Shown: in pieces, positions 31,101-46,100 of the stretch
Numbering within the stretch: the first letter of the stretch is position 1
How the letters are laid out: every line of letters begins with the position of its first letter
Assembly: GCF_964204645.1 (NCBI RefSeq)
Contig: NC_134031.1
Coordinates: forward strand, 17,657,807-17,721,806
DNA: 64,000 nucleotides
Reading direction: 5' to 3'
From: Tubulanus polymorphus
Lineage: Eukaryota; Animalia; Nemertea
Translations under genes and position numbers: made by a program
Notes under the pieces: model-generated
Seen by the model: the letters and a program-made list of their open reading frames with translations, nothing else
Told to the model about the DNA's origin: nothing
Databases searched by the model: none

Positions 31101-34100
31101 TGTTTAAAAAAAAATAGATTTCATTCGTAATCATCCCCTATTCGGACAAAATTTGATGAAATCTTCAGAAAAATTCATACCTAGAAAAACATCGCACCAG
31201 CATCGCTTAGAAAAATAGAAAATTGAACAAAATATTAAAATAAATGCCTGTTGATAACAGCACAACTTCCCAATCAAAAAATATTGCTTCTTTCCTACAA
31301 TACGCACATTTTTATTTACAAGAATAAATCCATCAACATTTACACGGATCACTTTCTGGAGTTCAACTATTTTTCCGATCATGACCTTGGCCCTTGTTTC
31401 GTCTGATCTTTGCCGCACGATTTATTTTGAAGGAACACGTAAACTTCTTCGCCGTCGATCGTCTTCGCCGCCATCGAGTGCAACACGCGTAGATGGCGCC
31501 GGTAGTTACCGCACTGGTTGAACGTTTGACCGCAGACATGGCAGCCGTACGGTTTAATACCGAGGTGTATGCGTTCGTGTACGATGCGATTGTATCGGTT
31601 TCCGTGCGGTTTTCCGCAGTACGCGCATCGATGCATCGGATTCGCGTCCGCGACGCTTGCCTGGCCGTCGTCTTCGCTCGCCGGGTTTCTCGTCGGTTTA
31701 TACGCGGCGCTATTCGGGCGGCTCCAATCTGTTGACGTCGCTGAAAATATTCAGACGAAAAACACATCACCGGAATATCTAATAGATGAGTTAGATCCAA
31801 GGGTGCATTGGGGCTATTTTTGTGGGACATATTGCAAAGTCTCAGAAAGCGCCTAAAACGATGTAAGTTAAGCCTAACAGGTCGCGCTATGACGCGCTAA
31901 GATCCGATCCTATAGTCTGCTATTTGGTTCTTAAGAACACTACTGAGGTCGATTCGGCCAAGACTCATTTATTGGATCTTAGCTACACTTAACAATTGAC
32001 CACGATCATTGAACCGAGTGTTTAAATCATGTGATGCATACATCGCCGTTCATTGGCTACGAACTTACGATCGGTCGTAAGTGCACTCAGGTCACATAAA
32101 ATCCATTTCGATCCGAAAGAAATGATAGAATCCGATAGAATATGTCCGATCGGCTTACGACTGGTCTACGATCAAGTACACCGCAAAAATCGGAGACTGG
32201 TCGCTGATTTCCTACGTTGACCGACCAGAGTTTGGGCTTTTCTCGATGTTTTCGGTAAAAAAAGCGATCACTTAAACTGCTTCATCATATACATAGACCC
32301 GGTCGCAGCTGCACTCATATACATAGACCCAGTCGCAGCTGCACTCATATACATAGACCCGGTCGCAGCTGCACTCATATACATAGACCCGGTCGCAGCT
32401 GCACTCATATACATAGACCCAGTCGCAGCTGCACTCATATACATAGACCCGGTCGCAGCTGCACTCATATACGTAGACCCAGTCGCAGCTGCACTCATAT
32501 ACGTAGGCCCAGTCGCAGCTGCACTCATATACATAGACCCAGTCGCAGCTGCACTCATATACTACGAGAATTTATCAAATGTTTCACTCGATGAAGCAAT
32601 AAACCTCTACGGAGTCGACTGTTTTCGGTTCCGCCGCGTGAACGTTGCGTAAATGACGTCTATAGTTTCCCGATTGATTGAACGTTTTTTGACAAAGCCG
32701 ACAACGAAACGGTTTATCTCCCGAGTGGACTCGTTCGTGGATTATACGATGCGCGTTACTGACGTTCCGTTTACCGCAAAAACGACACGGGAACTGAGCA
32801 GCAGCGGCGTCGGCGGCGGCGTCGCCTTCTGACGCGATCCACGCGTCCGCCAACCGGTCGACTAACGAGCGTCCTGAAAATATGCCAAAAATACCGGTAT
32901 GAGAGAGAAGAACATTCGAATGATCTGCAATCCCTGTAACGTACTTTCCTGCTGGCATCGTTTGATCATAAATTGTTAAGTCATAAATCATCCTTTTGAG
33001 TCGAATCGTAAAGAAGGGCTATATATATAGAACAAATCGATCTCCTAATTCAACGACTCAATCGGTAGAAACCCGTCGCTTCCCTGGCATCGCTTCAGTT
33101 TATGAACGAGTCTCATGTGTCGGTAAAAATTTCCCGATTTGTTGAACGACCGTGCGCACATTTGACACTTATACGGTTTATATCCGGAGTGTATGCGCTC
33201 GTGTATGATACGATGCGACTTGCTCGGGTTCGATTTGCCGCAAAATCGGCAACTATGCGCGCCGCCGGCGCCCTCTTCGGTCGACGTGTTGACTACCAGC
33301 GCGCGATAATAATCGGACAGTTGGCAGTCTGAAAAAAACAGCAAAAAGAGAAACGCATGAAGTCGCGATTTCGAAGGGCATAAAAAACATCGGTAATTCA
33401 AGTGTTTCAAGAGCTGTTTTTTCATGACTACAAACTACGTCGTTTATCGATCAAAATAGACTAAATTAACGCAGAAATTTAGAAACAACAATTACATTTT
33501 TTTTATTCATAATGAATCAATAAATAACATTTTTTTTATTCATAATGAATCAATAAATAAAACACATACTCTATAACTGGAAAAATTATTTTCGTAAATT
33601 GTTATCTTATGACCCTCACGTTGTATTCGAACACATTTCAAAAATCAAAAATAATCAACGATCATGAGTCTCAAGAAAATTAATACCTTGTTTCTCATTT
33701 CTACTGAGCTTTAAAAAGTTGACACGGTCGACTGCATTTCTACCCTGTACATTACCGTTTCGAAATCATGATCAAGGTAACCGTATCAGACCCAGCAGTT
33801 ATAGAAATGAACCGATTACAAATTTTCATTGCAGTTTACGAAATGACCCGACCCATAATGAGAAACAAGGTATCATTTTTTGAAGCCTGAATTACAATAT
33901 TTATAATTCATAATCATAGCACTGGCTGATAGAATAGACAACTTCGTCTAAAAAATTGTATCAACATTGAATGAACTAAACAGCGTTTTTAACGATCCAG
34001 ATATAACAATCTATACATTGGATATAAAACCAGTAAGCCCATTTTATTGATTACACATTGAATACAAAGAAATATCGATATGAAGAACAGCTATTCTCCT

Positions 34101-37100
34101 GGAGGTTCTGTCGACTCACTGGTCAAATTGATTGAGAAAACATTCCTACGACGAAATATTCATCGAGTCAAGATCTACATTGGTAGAAACCCGTCGCTTC
34201 CCGGGCATCGTTTCAGTTTATGAACTTGCTCCATGTGACGATTGAAATTTCCCGATCTGTTGAACGATCTGCCGCATATTTGACACCGAAACGGTTTATA
34301 CCCGGAGTGAATTCGCTCGTGGACCTCTCGATTCCAGTTGCTCGTGCTCGATTTGCCGCAAAACCGACACGGGAAATGTTTGAATCGTCGCTTAACGAAC
34401 GCTCGTCCTGAAAATATGCGAAAAATATCGAAATGAGAGAATTATCAAAAGCCTCCTAACGATTCGCATATATATATACAGAGGATTCCACAGTCTATTA
34501 GGAAGCCCGTTGAGGACTCCACGGTCTATCCAGTAGTCCATTTAGGACTCCGCAGTCTATCCAGTAGTCCATTTAGGACTCGATCTGGTAGCCCGTTCAG
34601 TTTCGGCAAAATAATAAAATTTCCGTTTGCTCCTATTTTACAATAGATAAATATCGCCTAGTCAGGTATCGCATCTTTTTCGTTTTCCGCCTTATCTGGT
34701 AAAATTTTGACTTCATTTTCACCGATTCAGCGCCTAACCCTGTAAACCATAACAGCTCTTCACCTACAATACTGTAATATACTATACTGTCGATATTCTA
34801 TCTTCCTTGGTGATTCATATTAGGCCCTATGCCCGCTGCTACTGCACGCTCATGACCTTAATTGGCCATAGTTTTTAACGCAAGAGCATCGTGAATGAGT
34901 GAACCCGAAACGGAGGAAAATGCTGTGGAATTAAGAGAAGTCTATTGAAGAACTGGTTGCGGTATTTCAAACTGGTCGCGGCTGTAAGTAAACTCATATC
35001 GAAAAGGTTCCAGATAGCAAAATTGCAGACTTGACTGCTTATGATCAGATCAAGGTCGTTGCTTTATTTCGAGGTCTATATTGGTAGAAATCCCTCGACG
35101 CCGCGGCACCGTTTCAGTTTATGAATCAGTTTCATGTGACGATGAAAGTTTTCCGATCTGTTGAACGATTTTCCGCAAATTTGACATCGAAATGGTTTGA
35201 TTCCGGTGTGGATTCGCTCGTGGACCGTTCGATGCCAGTTACTGGCTTTCAACACGCCGCAGTACCGACACGGGTAACGACGTCGTTCAGTGGCGACGGC
35301 GGCGACCGCTTGGAACGGCTCCGCGAAAAACAATTGTCCTGAAAATATGCGAAAAATATCTGCATGAGTCGAAAAATCATAAGAGCCTAAATACGATCCA
35401 CATACACGTGGTCGATAATTCGAGGTAGTTCATGAATTTGTTCCCTTATTTGAGGCTTATTTATGAGAAACCTATTTAGAAAACTTTTTTTTCCATTTTT
35501 TCCATGAAGTTACGGTAAGTAAAAACTTTGAAACTTGGGTCAGTATAAACTGTTAATCGTCCACTGTGGGTTAACTCGGTAGAAACCCCTTTAGGTCGAC
35601 AGCCGCACTCCAATTTGTTTCACGAGGCAGTTTAAATTTCCAAATCGCTAGAATGATCGTTGCATATTTTACATCTGTATGGTTGATTTTGGGGACATGT
35701 ACGGTGTGACTGGCTTTCATTACGTTAATCGAACTATCGGTCGACTGCGTGAAGGTTACTGCTGCCCGGGCAGTGAACGGGACCGAAAACCTGGTAGTCT
35801 AGAAAAACCCAGCAAAATGACACACGTGTTGTCCGAATTCAAGGGTATAATTCCTGTCAGAGACGTGGTTAGTTTTTCCTCATGATAATAACCAAAATAA
35901 CTAACAAAACTTGTTCGATTTAAGAAAAAGAAATTTTTTATTTTGAATATAGTATATTCTTATAAGTACATACAAGCATCAGACATTGGTTAATGGGGCA
36001 CTGGCACACGAGCTATCCCAAAAATTAGGCAAATAACAAATCTAGAGAAACTCTAAACTTGAAAGTTTTATGTGGCAGTTTTCGTACACCATGTATAGAA
36101 TTTGAGAAATTATTGTGACATTTTAATTAAGTTTGAGAAGAAAGACAGCTTTGACATCATACCGTATACTGACACCTGGTGGATTATTGTGGAATTCCCT
36201 TGCCGCACTGCCAGTACCCCAGTGTAGGCTTAGTCTGTTCCGACTATGATAACATAACAGTAAACATATATCATATGTGTTTAATGGAAATAAATATCTA
36301 TTGCTCGCCGCAACTAACTAAACTGTCCAACAGATTATTAGGACATTTATAACTGAATAAAGCGTTACATATTTCCATAAGGAAAAGAATACAGTTGAAC
36401 TTTAAAAGCCTCTTAACTTCAACTAGTCAAGGACACGAAAACCTAATTAACCCAGATCAAGTGATGAAAATCTTCGCACTCGAAAATGATTATTCATCCA
36501 GTCCATAACGAATAACATTCCAGCTTCAAACCATCGAACCATATTTACAGCATATACGACTCTTATAGATCATTCTCGAAGTTGAAAATTAGACAATGAG
36601 GAGGTTCCGTCGCCTGGTAGGAACCACTCCAGTACATATAACCCATACCTTTGGCTCTATATCGGTAGAAACCCTTTTCCTCCCGGGCATCGTTTCAGTT
36701 TATGAATCAGTTTCATGTGGCGGTAAAAATTTCCCGAATGGTTGAACGATCGGTCGCACATTTTACAAGTGAACGGTTTGAATCCGGAATGCACGCGCTC
36801 GTGTATGATGCGTTTCGAATGACTACCGTTCCATTTACCGCAGTATCGACAATTGTGAGAGTTATCGCCGTGCGGCGGGACAGACGACGACGACGACGAC
36901 GGAGGGTAGTCTGAAAAAACAGCAAGAAAACGCATGTAGTCGTGTGATTCAAGACGGATTTCTATTCAGAGCGTGTTCGATCGCCGGTTGTTTCACATCG
37001 ATAAACACCACTAAAAGTCAATTAACATAACTCATTTATTAAATTAATTCAGAAACCGTTAACTTTCAGTTTTCCTTAAAAGATCGCTTTGCGTATAAGG

Positions 37101-40100
37101 TAAAAGCGTCTAACTTCTCGTTAGGGATAAATGAACTAATTTACATATACCGAGCGATGAAACTCAGTGCTTAAAATAATCACTTCTGATGATCGATGAT
37201 AATACACTCGTCCTCGATGTCAATAGAGAATTTTCGGCATAAAATTGATGAAACAAGATGATCGTAGCAAGGGATTCTAATGACTTTCAGTTTGTTTGGC
37301 ATTTGGAAACGATATTTCTGCAGCAATTCAACAAGCCTGAATTACACGCGGTCCATAAAACTGTTCGTAAAAATCGAGAACAATATCGCGAGGTTCTCAT
37401 TCGTCGTACGGGCGACCCGGTTTATATCGGTAGAAACCCTTCGCTGCCCGGGCATCGCTTCAGTTTATGAATCAGTTTCATGTGGCGATAATAATTGTCG
37501 GATCTGTTGAACGATTTATTACACATATTACACTGAAACGGTTTGTATCCGGAATGTATTCGCTCGTGTACGATACGCCGCGACTTGTTCTTGATCCATT
37601 TGCCGCAGTATCGACAATTGTGAGGGTTACCACTACTAGCCGGCCACTGATAATCAGACAGATGGTAGTCTAAAAAACAGCAAAAAAAACACATGTACTC
37701 GCGATTCAAGAAACAGATCGGTCTAAACCGCAGTTTAGGTCATCTCCACTAGTGTGGCGCTAGTGTTAAATACATTACTATTAGGGACGCCTGAACTGCG
37801 GTTGCTGCTATTTTTTTTCGAAAGGTTTAATTGGCTGTTTTTTCATATTGGACACCATTTTATCATAAAATCGGGGAAAAAAAATTAATTAAGAAAACTC
37901 ATCAATTAGGAAAAAGATACTTTCTTTTAATATTCAATAATGTTCACCTTGAATTAAATTACACAATGCACAATAATGAGTCAATATAAACAACACTTTA
38001 TATAATATATATATTTTCTTTCAGTTCCAAACCGGATTTTCAAATGCGATCAACCAGTGATTAAAACCCAAATCAAAATTGCGCGTGACTAAATTACGTG
38101 ACTAATAATCACTTGTCGCGATAATTACGATATTTACAATCATTTTATCTTTTCGCTCAAACGGAGAAAACGCTGTGAAATCATCGTTCAAATAATCAAT
38201 TACAATAGACTAAGCCTTATAAGGTACCAGTCAAAACACTCAAAACGATGATTTCAACTAAAATCTATTATCAACTCGTAAATGCTCGAATATTAAAACT
38301 CTTGATTAGATCGAATATGTACTCAGTTTACCCCACCTATACCACCGGTCAATGATTAAACACGAATTCTATTCTGAGTAAACAACTCATCTACTCGTCT
38401 ATCGATTTCCAGAATAACTGTTTGCTAAACGGCAGCTGAACCGAGCAAAGGCATAATGCTATATAATTCATTCTGTTCAGTCTGATCAGTCATTGTCGAG
38501 GCAATTTGTCACTTCTGATCTAAATCGTACGGTATATAATTCCAATATAGGATCGTCGGAAAATTCTTCGCCCAGCTGCTTGAAAAATTGTTGTTGAAGT
38601 TAACCATCAGAGGCTGCAGTTGCTAAAAATTTGGTTAGAGTTAACCAGTGGATAGTTGACTTGACATAATAACGATGAACCTTTAATTGTTACTATGGTA
38701 TTAATCCGCTGGTTATCTTTGACCAACTTTTAAGCAATTGCCGCCCCTGATCAATTCGATTGCAACCACACAATTCTATTTGTAGATAACTGGCTGACAA
38801 ATACCATAGTAACAACTGGCCCCTGCTGACATGCTCATCCAACTCTAGGAGTTTACTACTATTCCATATGAAAAACTGAACAGCAGGAATTCTGCGCGAT
38901 CATTTGAAAATAAAAACTTTCAGCATGATTGTGGCTTCAATAATGATCCGTCGATTGATAATGATCGGCCGATTGATCCATGTGAACGTTACGTTTATGA
39001 CGATACAGATTGTTCGATTGACTGAACTGTCGATGGCAGACGTCGCATTCGTACGGACGGAGACCGAGGTGAACGCGTTCGTGTTTCAGACGATCGGCGT
39101 CCGACCGACTGACTTTGCCGCAATATTGACACACGTACTCTTTCGATATGCGAAAAGTCGGGAACCGCGCCACGAGGGGAACATCCGCCGCGCCGACCGA
39201 CGAGCCTGAAAAAATCAATGTACGTACGATGAGCAAAATACTTTAAAATCGGTCGGCAATATTTCATTTTTTATCAGTTTTCAGGCTCCAGTTCGACGCA
39301 TGCATAATTCGTATCGAGAATATATTATCAATTTAGTTGTTCATCGTCGTAGTTCATTTTTCGATGTCCAACTGTTTTGATTATTGGTCCCTCGAGGCGT
39401 TTAGAGCACCGCTACGTTACATAATAAGTGGTCATTGAGCTGTGCTTACGAACGAACGAAGGAGAAAATCTTAATTTGCGCACGTTCTCGAGAACTCCAC
39501 AATAAAATTGTGTAAAGTATTCTAAAGAATTAAACGATGAAATCAATCGAAAACGTTCGTTTCTGACGAGGATTCAGTCGAATGCGAGTTGTTGGGTTTT
39601 ATTACGAAAGGGAAAATAAAATCGAAAATCTGCGTTGTTACTGGTTTATTTCATCGAATTGATTAAACCGACCGCGCGTTTTTCTCTAATTCACGTTATT
39701 TCGACATGTTCGCTCGTGTCGCGACAAATTGCTTTTGACGTTGAACGTTTTTCGACAGAATCGACACGCGTACGGCCGTACGCCCAAGTGGATATTCATA
39801 TGATTGTTTAGACCATTCGAATGTCGGAATCGTCGGCCGCAAACCTCACAACCAAACTTGCGTTCCATCGAATAAATCGGATTCGGACCGACAAAGTCAC
39901 CTCGCACCGTCAGATCACCCGACGTACCGATCATCAAACTGTGTCCTACAACAAACAAGGGGTAAACGATGAATGAATATCTGAATCATTAATCGTCAAG
40001 TTTCGCACGAGCATTCTGATTCATTCAGGGGATCTAAGCCGCTTTCAGTATTGAATGAGATGTCTTCCGAGATGTGAACGCGCGCTTCGATTTTTTCTAA

Positions 40101-43100
40101 TATCTTATTTCTCCTTCGATTCCATGCAATACGAACATGAACCATAACATTATTCCCAGCCTTTAAAAGATCAACTATTTAATGATCAACTACCGAACTA
40201 AAGTAGCAATCTGTTTAAGTACATCAAAAAATTGATGTACAGCCACAGTAATAGATACAAATAAACTAAGGTTTTTTTTAGGTGTCACTGGTCCGACTGA
40301 TTTCTAAAATGTCCTTTGCGGTGACGTTGCATTGCACTGGATTGATTGAACGATTTCTCGCAGATATCGCATCGATGCGGACGAACGCCGAGGTGTATAT
40401 TCACGTGATTGCGCAATCCGGACGACGTCTGAAATCGTTTGCCGCACATTTCGCAGCCGAACTTCCGCGCCATCGAATACATCGGATTCGGAATCATGCC
40501 GTACGACGTCGAGTCTCCCGCGCTGCTTGGCGACCATCTCGTTCCTGCAACAAGCCAAAGTGAACAACCTATTAGACGTTAAATCAAAACTGCGAAGGAC
40601 ATCACATCTTTTTCCTGCTGAACACGCTGTTAAAACCAAAAGTATTTCAACATCAAAGTTTAAGAATTTTGCACCAGGTTTTATCGTCCACTATCAATGC
40701 TGAGTGAAAAGTGGGTTCAAGCCCAACTGGCTGCTTACAGTGTGCGGGCAACACTTCAAAGGCCCTGGTCCCGTGCGAGGTTAAATGAATGATCCAATTG
40801 GGTTAGGGTTAGTCTTGGGAAACCAAGATCCAAGCGACGTAAAGCCAAAAACAAACAAATTAGAGTCCGCAGATGAACTAGTTTTTTCATCATATCAAAA
40901 GCAATCACGATCGCGAAGAATTAATTGTACTCGACTGAATGCCGCCGTCGATTTTATTTGTCCTTAAAATGCCGCCTACGATGACATCGCATGTTGCTGG
41001 CCTGCGCAAACGCCATCCCACAAACATCGCACTTATACGGACGCAATCCGAGATGTATATTCATGTGATTGCGCAATCCCGATTTGTCGCGAAATCGTTT
41101 GCCGCAAATTTCGCAGCCAGCCTTCCGTTCCATCGAATACAGCGGATTAGGACAGATAGCGTACGTCGAGTCTCCATCTCCGCTCGCCGTAAATCCAATT
41201 TCTGTAACGAGCCAAAGTGAACAACCAATTAGATGAAACATCAAAACTGAAAAGGCCATCACATCTTTTCTCCATCGCGTATTGTGCAAGTTTTTTTTCA
41301 TGTCATAGTTTAAGAAAGAAAAACCCGCAGTTGCAAAAACTATCGTAATCGCGATCGCTTAATTACCAGTCGTATAATTAAGTTCGATGTTGTTATTGAT
41401 TAGATTTATCCTTAAAATGTCGTCGCCGATGACAACGCATGTTGCCCGATTCTGTAAACGTCATCTGACAAATATCGCACTGATACGGCCGTAAGCCGAG
41501 GTGTATGTTCATGTGATTGCGCAATTTTGTTCGGTCGGGAAATCGCTTGCCGCACATTTCGCAGCCGAACTTGCGTTCCATAGAATATATCGGATTAGGA
41601 CTCGTGTCATACGGCGAATCCCCGGCCCTCCCTGACGGTCCTCCAATTCCTGTAACAAGTCAAAGTGAAAGATGTCAAATCTAGTGCACACGATAGTAAC
41701 AAGAAAAACATCGAAACAAGAATTAGATCTTGCCCACGCACGCATATGTTTCTTTAGTTACCATGACATCGCGCACAGCAATTCATGTTTCACAACACCA
41801 GGCAGTTACAAGGCCGGCGAGAAGTTTCTGTTTCATATTTATACCATGCAGTATGCAATAGGCATCAGATCACAGTTAAAATGACTCCCGACATTTCCCC
41901 TTGAAGAAAGAGCTATTCGCGACAATAGGCTTCGGTCTCCGATGATTTCATGTATACTCAATACGCAACAAGACTGCCATAAATTACGAAGTCAAAATTT
42001 TTTTTGTGAACTCATAAACGTGTTATTTTATGTTGAACTCACCAGCAGAACTAGGAGTTTTATACAATACCGGTATATATGTTTTTTTAAAATGTATCTA
42101 TATTGTAATATTTACAAAAGGACAAATGAAATTTCTCACGGAGATTGAAACGGCACCGATTTAAAATGTCCTTTACGATGACGTTTCATCGCGCTCGATT
42201 GACTGAACGTTTTTTGGCAAATGTCACATATATAAGGACGCAATCCGAGATGTATATTCATGTGGTTGTTTAACCCATTCGAATGGCGGAATCGTCGGCC
42301 GCAAACCTCACAACCAAACTTGCGTTCCATCGAATAAATCGGATTAGGACCGACAAGGCCCTCTTGCGCGGTCGAATCGCCCAACGTACCGATCATCAAA
42401 CCGTATCCTACAACAACAAGGGGTAAACGATGAATATCTGAATTAATAATCGTCAAGTTTCGCACGAGCATTCCGATTCATTCAGGGGGATCTAAGCTGC
42501 TTTCAGTATTGAACGATATTCCGGAGATATGAGTGCGCACTTCATTTTTTTCATGCAGCTCATTTCACAAACTTCCTTTCCGTAGAAAAAAAATACGAAC
42601 AATCTATCTATCTCACGGAGGTTCTCACTGGACTAACGCGAACTTAAAATGTCCTTTGCGGTGGCGCAACATCGCGCTCGATTGACTGAACGACTTTTTA
42701 CAAATGTCGCATACATGCGGCCGCAATCCGAGGTGTATATTCATGTGATTGCGCAATCCACATTTGTCGCGGAACCGCTTGCCGCACATTTCGCAGCCAA
42801 ACTTGCGTTCCATCGAATATATCGGATTCGGATTGGGAATTATTCCGTACTGCGAGTCTCCCTCACTGCTCGCCGATCCTCCATTTCCTGTAACAAGCCA
42901 AAGTGAACAACCTGTTAGATCATCAACGTTGAACAAAAGGCAATTAGAAAGATATCTCGTCCCCGTGTTCTCTCCATACTTAAGCTTTGCTAACTCCATA
43001 ATGACAAAAGACTAAGACATAATTAACCGAGATTGATTATTAATATTAAACGCAAACTTGGTACATTTAATTTACACAGATGTATATTTAAAGCAGAACG

Positions 43101-46100
43101 AATGAAGTGTCTCGTATAGATCGTCAACTGGTTCGACGAACAGACATAAATGTTCCACGCGGCTAGTTGATGAGCCCCGCAAAAATGTACCATATGTCAT
43201 AAACATGGGCAACAAACTGATCCGCATGTAGTGTAAAATTGAGAATAACAAATTCTGCCACCATATATCTGCGCCTAAGAATAGATCTGGTTCGGTCAGA
43301 TACGATTATGCGAATCTCAGTTCGTAAGCCAGCAGAATAAACAACTATCCAAGCCAGGCAGGCATCTTTAAGCCTAGCGCACATCGACACTGCGATTGGA
43401 GACAACTAGTTGCAAGGCAGTTTTCGGCGCATGAGAGGAACTGGCTGGATACGATCAGTTCCTTGGATGTGTCGATGTGAGCGAGCTTACGATTGGTAAG
43501 CGTCGATCTATCTCCAGTTCCAGCCAGTTGCCCATGTTCTACTTTTGAGCAACTGGTTGTACTCAATCGCAGTCATATCCGTCGATGTGCGCGCTCTGGA
43601 TCTCGACGATCGACACGCGCCATGCAGTTGCTGCAACTGACCGGTTGTAACTAGATTTCGACGTGCGCGGGGTAATCGTTCGGTAGCAACTAGTTGTCTC
43701 CAATCGCAGTGTCGATGTGCGCTAGGCTTTAGTTCCTTCGTTGTACTATGTTTGTCTAAAACAACCCGAGCAAAAATTTTAGTTTTATCGTTCGAAACGT
43801 TATTAAGCACCGCTTTCTTCTTAAAGTGTCGCTAGCTGGTTCCGACGCGCAAATCCGCTACATCGTCATTATTTACGCGAAGTTCGCCTCTTCGCCGGTT
43901 TATCGTCGAAATGAAGCTTACGATGCCGCGACATCGTACCCGACTGTCCGAAAGACATTTGACAAATGTCGCACCGATACGGCCGCACGCCGAGATGCGA
44001 GTTCATGTGATCGTGCAAATGCGAACTGTAAAGAAACCGACGGCCGCAAATTTCGCAGCCGAATTTCCGTTGCATCGAGTATATCGGATTTGGACCGATA
44101 ATACGCCGCGAATCCTCCGCACTGGTCACCGAACGTCCATTTCCTGTAACAAGTCAAACAACCTTATTATACGTGATACCACAAAGACGTTTTCAGTTCA
44201 TCTCACTTATTGAAAACAGATCTCGGTTTAAGTTTTGGCGTCGATGTATTGAGCATGCTACACTTATTAATAGACCGAAAAAAAAAATCAAAATTTCCAC
44301 CAATCGCAAGAAGTTCATTTTCAAATCATGATCGGTCTTTAAAATGTCTCCTACGATGACGCGACATCGTACCGGACTGTCCGAACCACATTTCGCAGAT
44401 ATCGCATTGATACGGCCGCACGCCCAAATGCGAATTCATGTGATCGCGCAAATTCGAACTGTAACGAAATCGGTGGCCGCAAATTTCGCAGCCGAATTTA
44501 CGTTCCATCGAATATATCGGATTAGGAGCGATATCGCGACGTGAATCTTCAGCGGCGCTGCTCGACGGTCGTCCAATTCCTGTAACAAGCCAAAGTGAAC
44601 AACCTTATTATATTCGAAAGACGAAATTCGAAAAATGTCACACCTTTCAAGCTCCCTGCACTAGTTTTATTAGAGTTTTAAGGTTGTTTTTTTTAAATCA
44701 ATTATATCTCATGTTTGAAACAGTATATTTTTGTATAGAGTTCAATGTCGTCGCGATGTGTGTCAAAATGTCTCCTCTTAAATATTGCACTTATACACCT
44801 AGATACAAAACCAAATAATTACCGTATCTAGTTTTGTCACGAAATTGGCAGCCGCAAATTTCACAGCCAGCCTTCTGTTTGCAATGAATAAATGGGATTA
44901 AGGCGGATGTCTTATCATCCAATCACTGCAATAAGGCTAAGGATACAACTTCCCCTAGTTTATGGTATATTCATGGGGCAGATGGTAAAAATGTGTAATC
45001 GTGTCACGGACAAGACCTCCTTATAGCGAACGATATACATAAATTGATCGTAATCGATTAAATCAACAAAGATCAGTTAAAAAACGCTAACATTTTATTG
45101 AATTTTATAGAAAAGATCGTTATTCCTCGACGCATTCTTCCAAGTCGGATTTTGCCTCCAGTTTGTAAATTGTTTGAAATTTCATCCACGATATCTTTTT
45201 ACTGAAAATTACATCGCAACGTCGACATCAATTAAATTCAAACTATTCAATCAAAGTAGCACCTAGAAGGCACCGTTCAAATAAACTAGATGCGTCCTTT
45301 ATATCCGTGTTGGTATAAATGACAGGTTCAACTGTTATTTCTTTCTCACATTCTCCCAAAATGTAATCGCCTTAAGAGTTTGCGAAATGTTTGAACCGGT
45401 ATCCTCGATATTTCTTTTTTGTTTAAAGTAACACCGCGACATCGATAATAACTATACAATCAGCGCAGCACGCAGAGCGTTTAATAAAACTATACAATCA
45501 GCGCAGCACGCAGAGCGTTTAAAAAACTAGGCCGTGTTCCTTGCGTCGGTGCTGGTATAAATGACTGGTTTGACTAAACGTTCGACTGCACACCGTACAC
45601 GCGTACGGCCGCAAGCCGAGATGCATCGATAGATGATTACGCAATCCCGTACGACGATGAAAGTGCTTGCCGCAGATCTGACAGCCGTGCGGTCTCTTCT
45701 TAGCCAAAACAGCAGCAGCAGCAGCCGTAGCAGGGTTCACGAATATGTACCCTGCAAGGAAACGAGACTCTTGATGAGTACATTACAGTTGATTGCCGTT
45801 TGTACCGGTTGTTGGGATTTTATTTTCAGGAAGAGGGACATTGACGAATGTGGCGCCATCTATATGCTCAAGTGTTCGATCAAGTTACATCCGAAAGAGA
45901 ACGAACTAAAACTGATAGGAATGTTTTTTTCTTTCGGTTTCTCCGCAGCCAAACGAGTTACTTTAGGAAATGCAATTCCAGTCGATGGTCCTTCCGTTTG
46001 TGCCGATAAAGCGTGCTCGTTTGCGAATACGATTTGCCGCACAATTCGCAACGATGCAAACGCAAGCCTAAATGCATCGACAGGTGATTCTGCAAACCGG

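Noticed and set aside
32268-32558. [10 protein letters not shown] repeat ORF, or a CRISPR-like array
   Set aside because: A simple 30 bp tandem minisatellite without unique spacers, in eukaryotic DNA with no cas genes.
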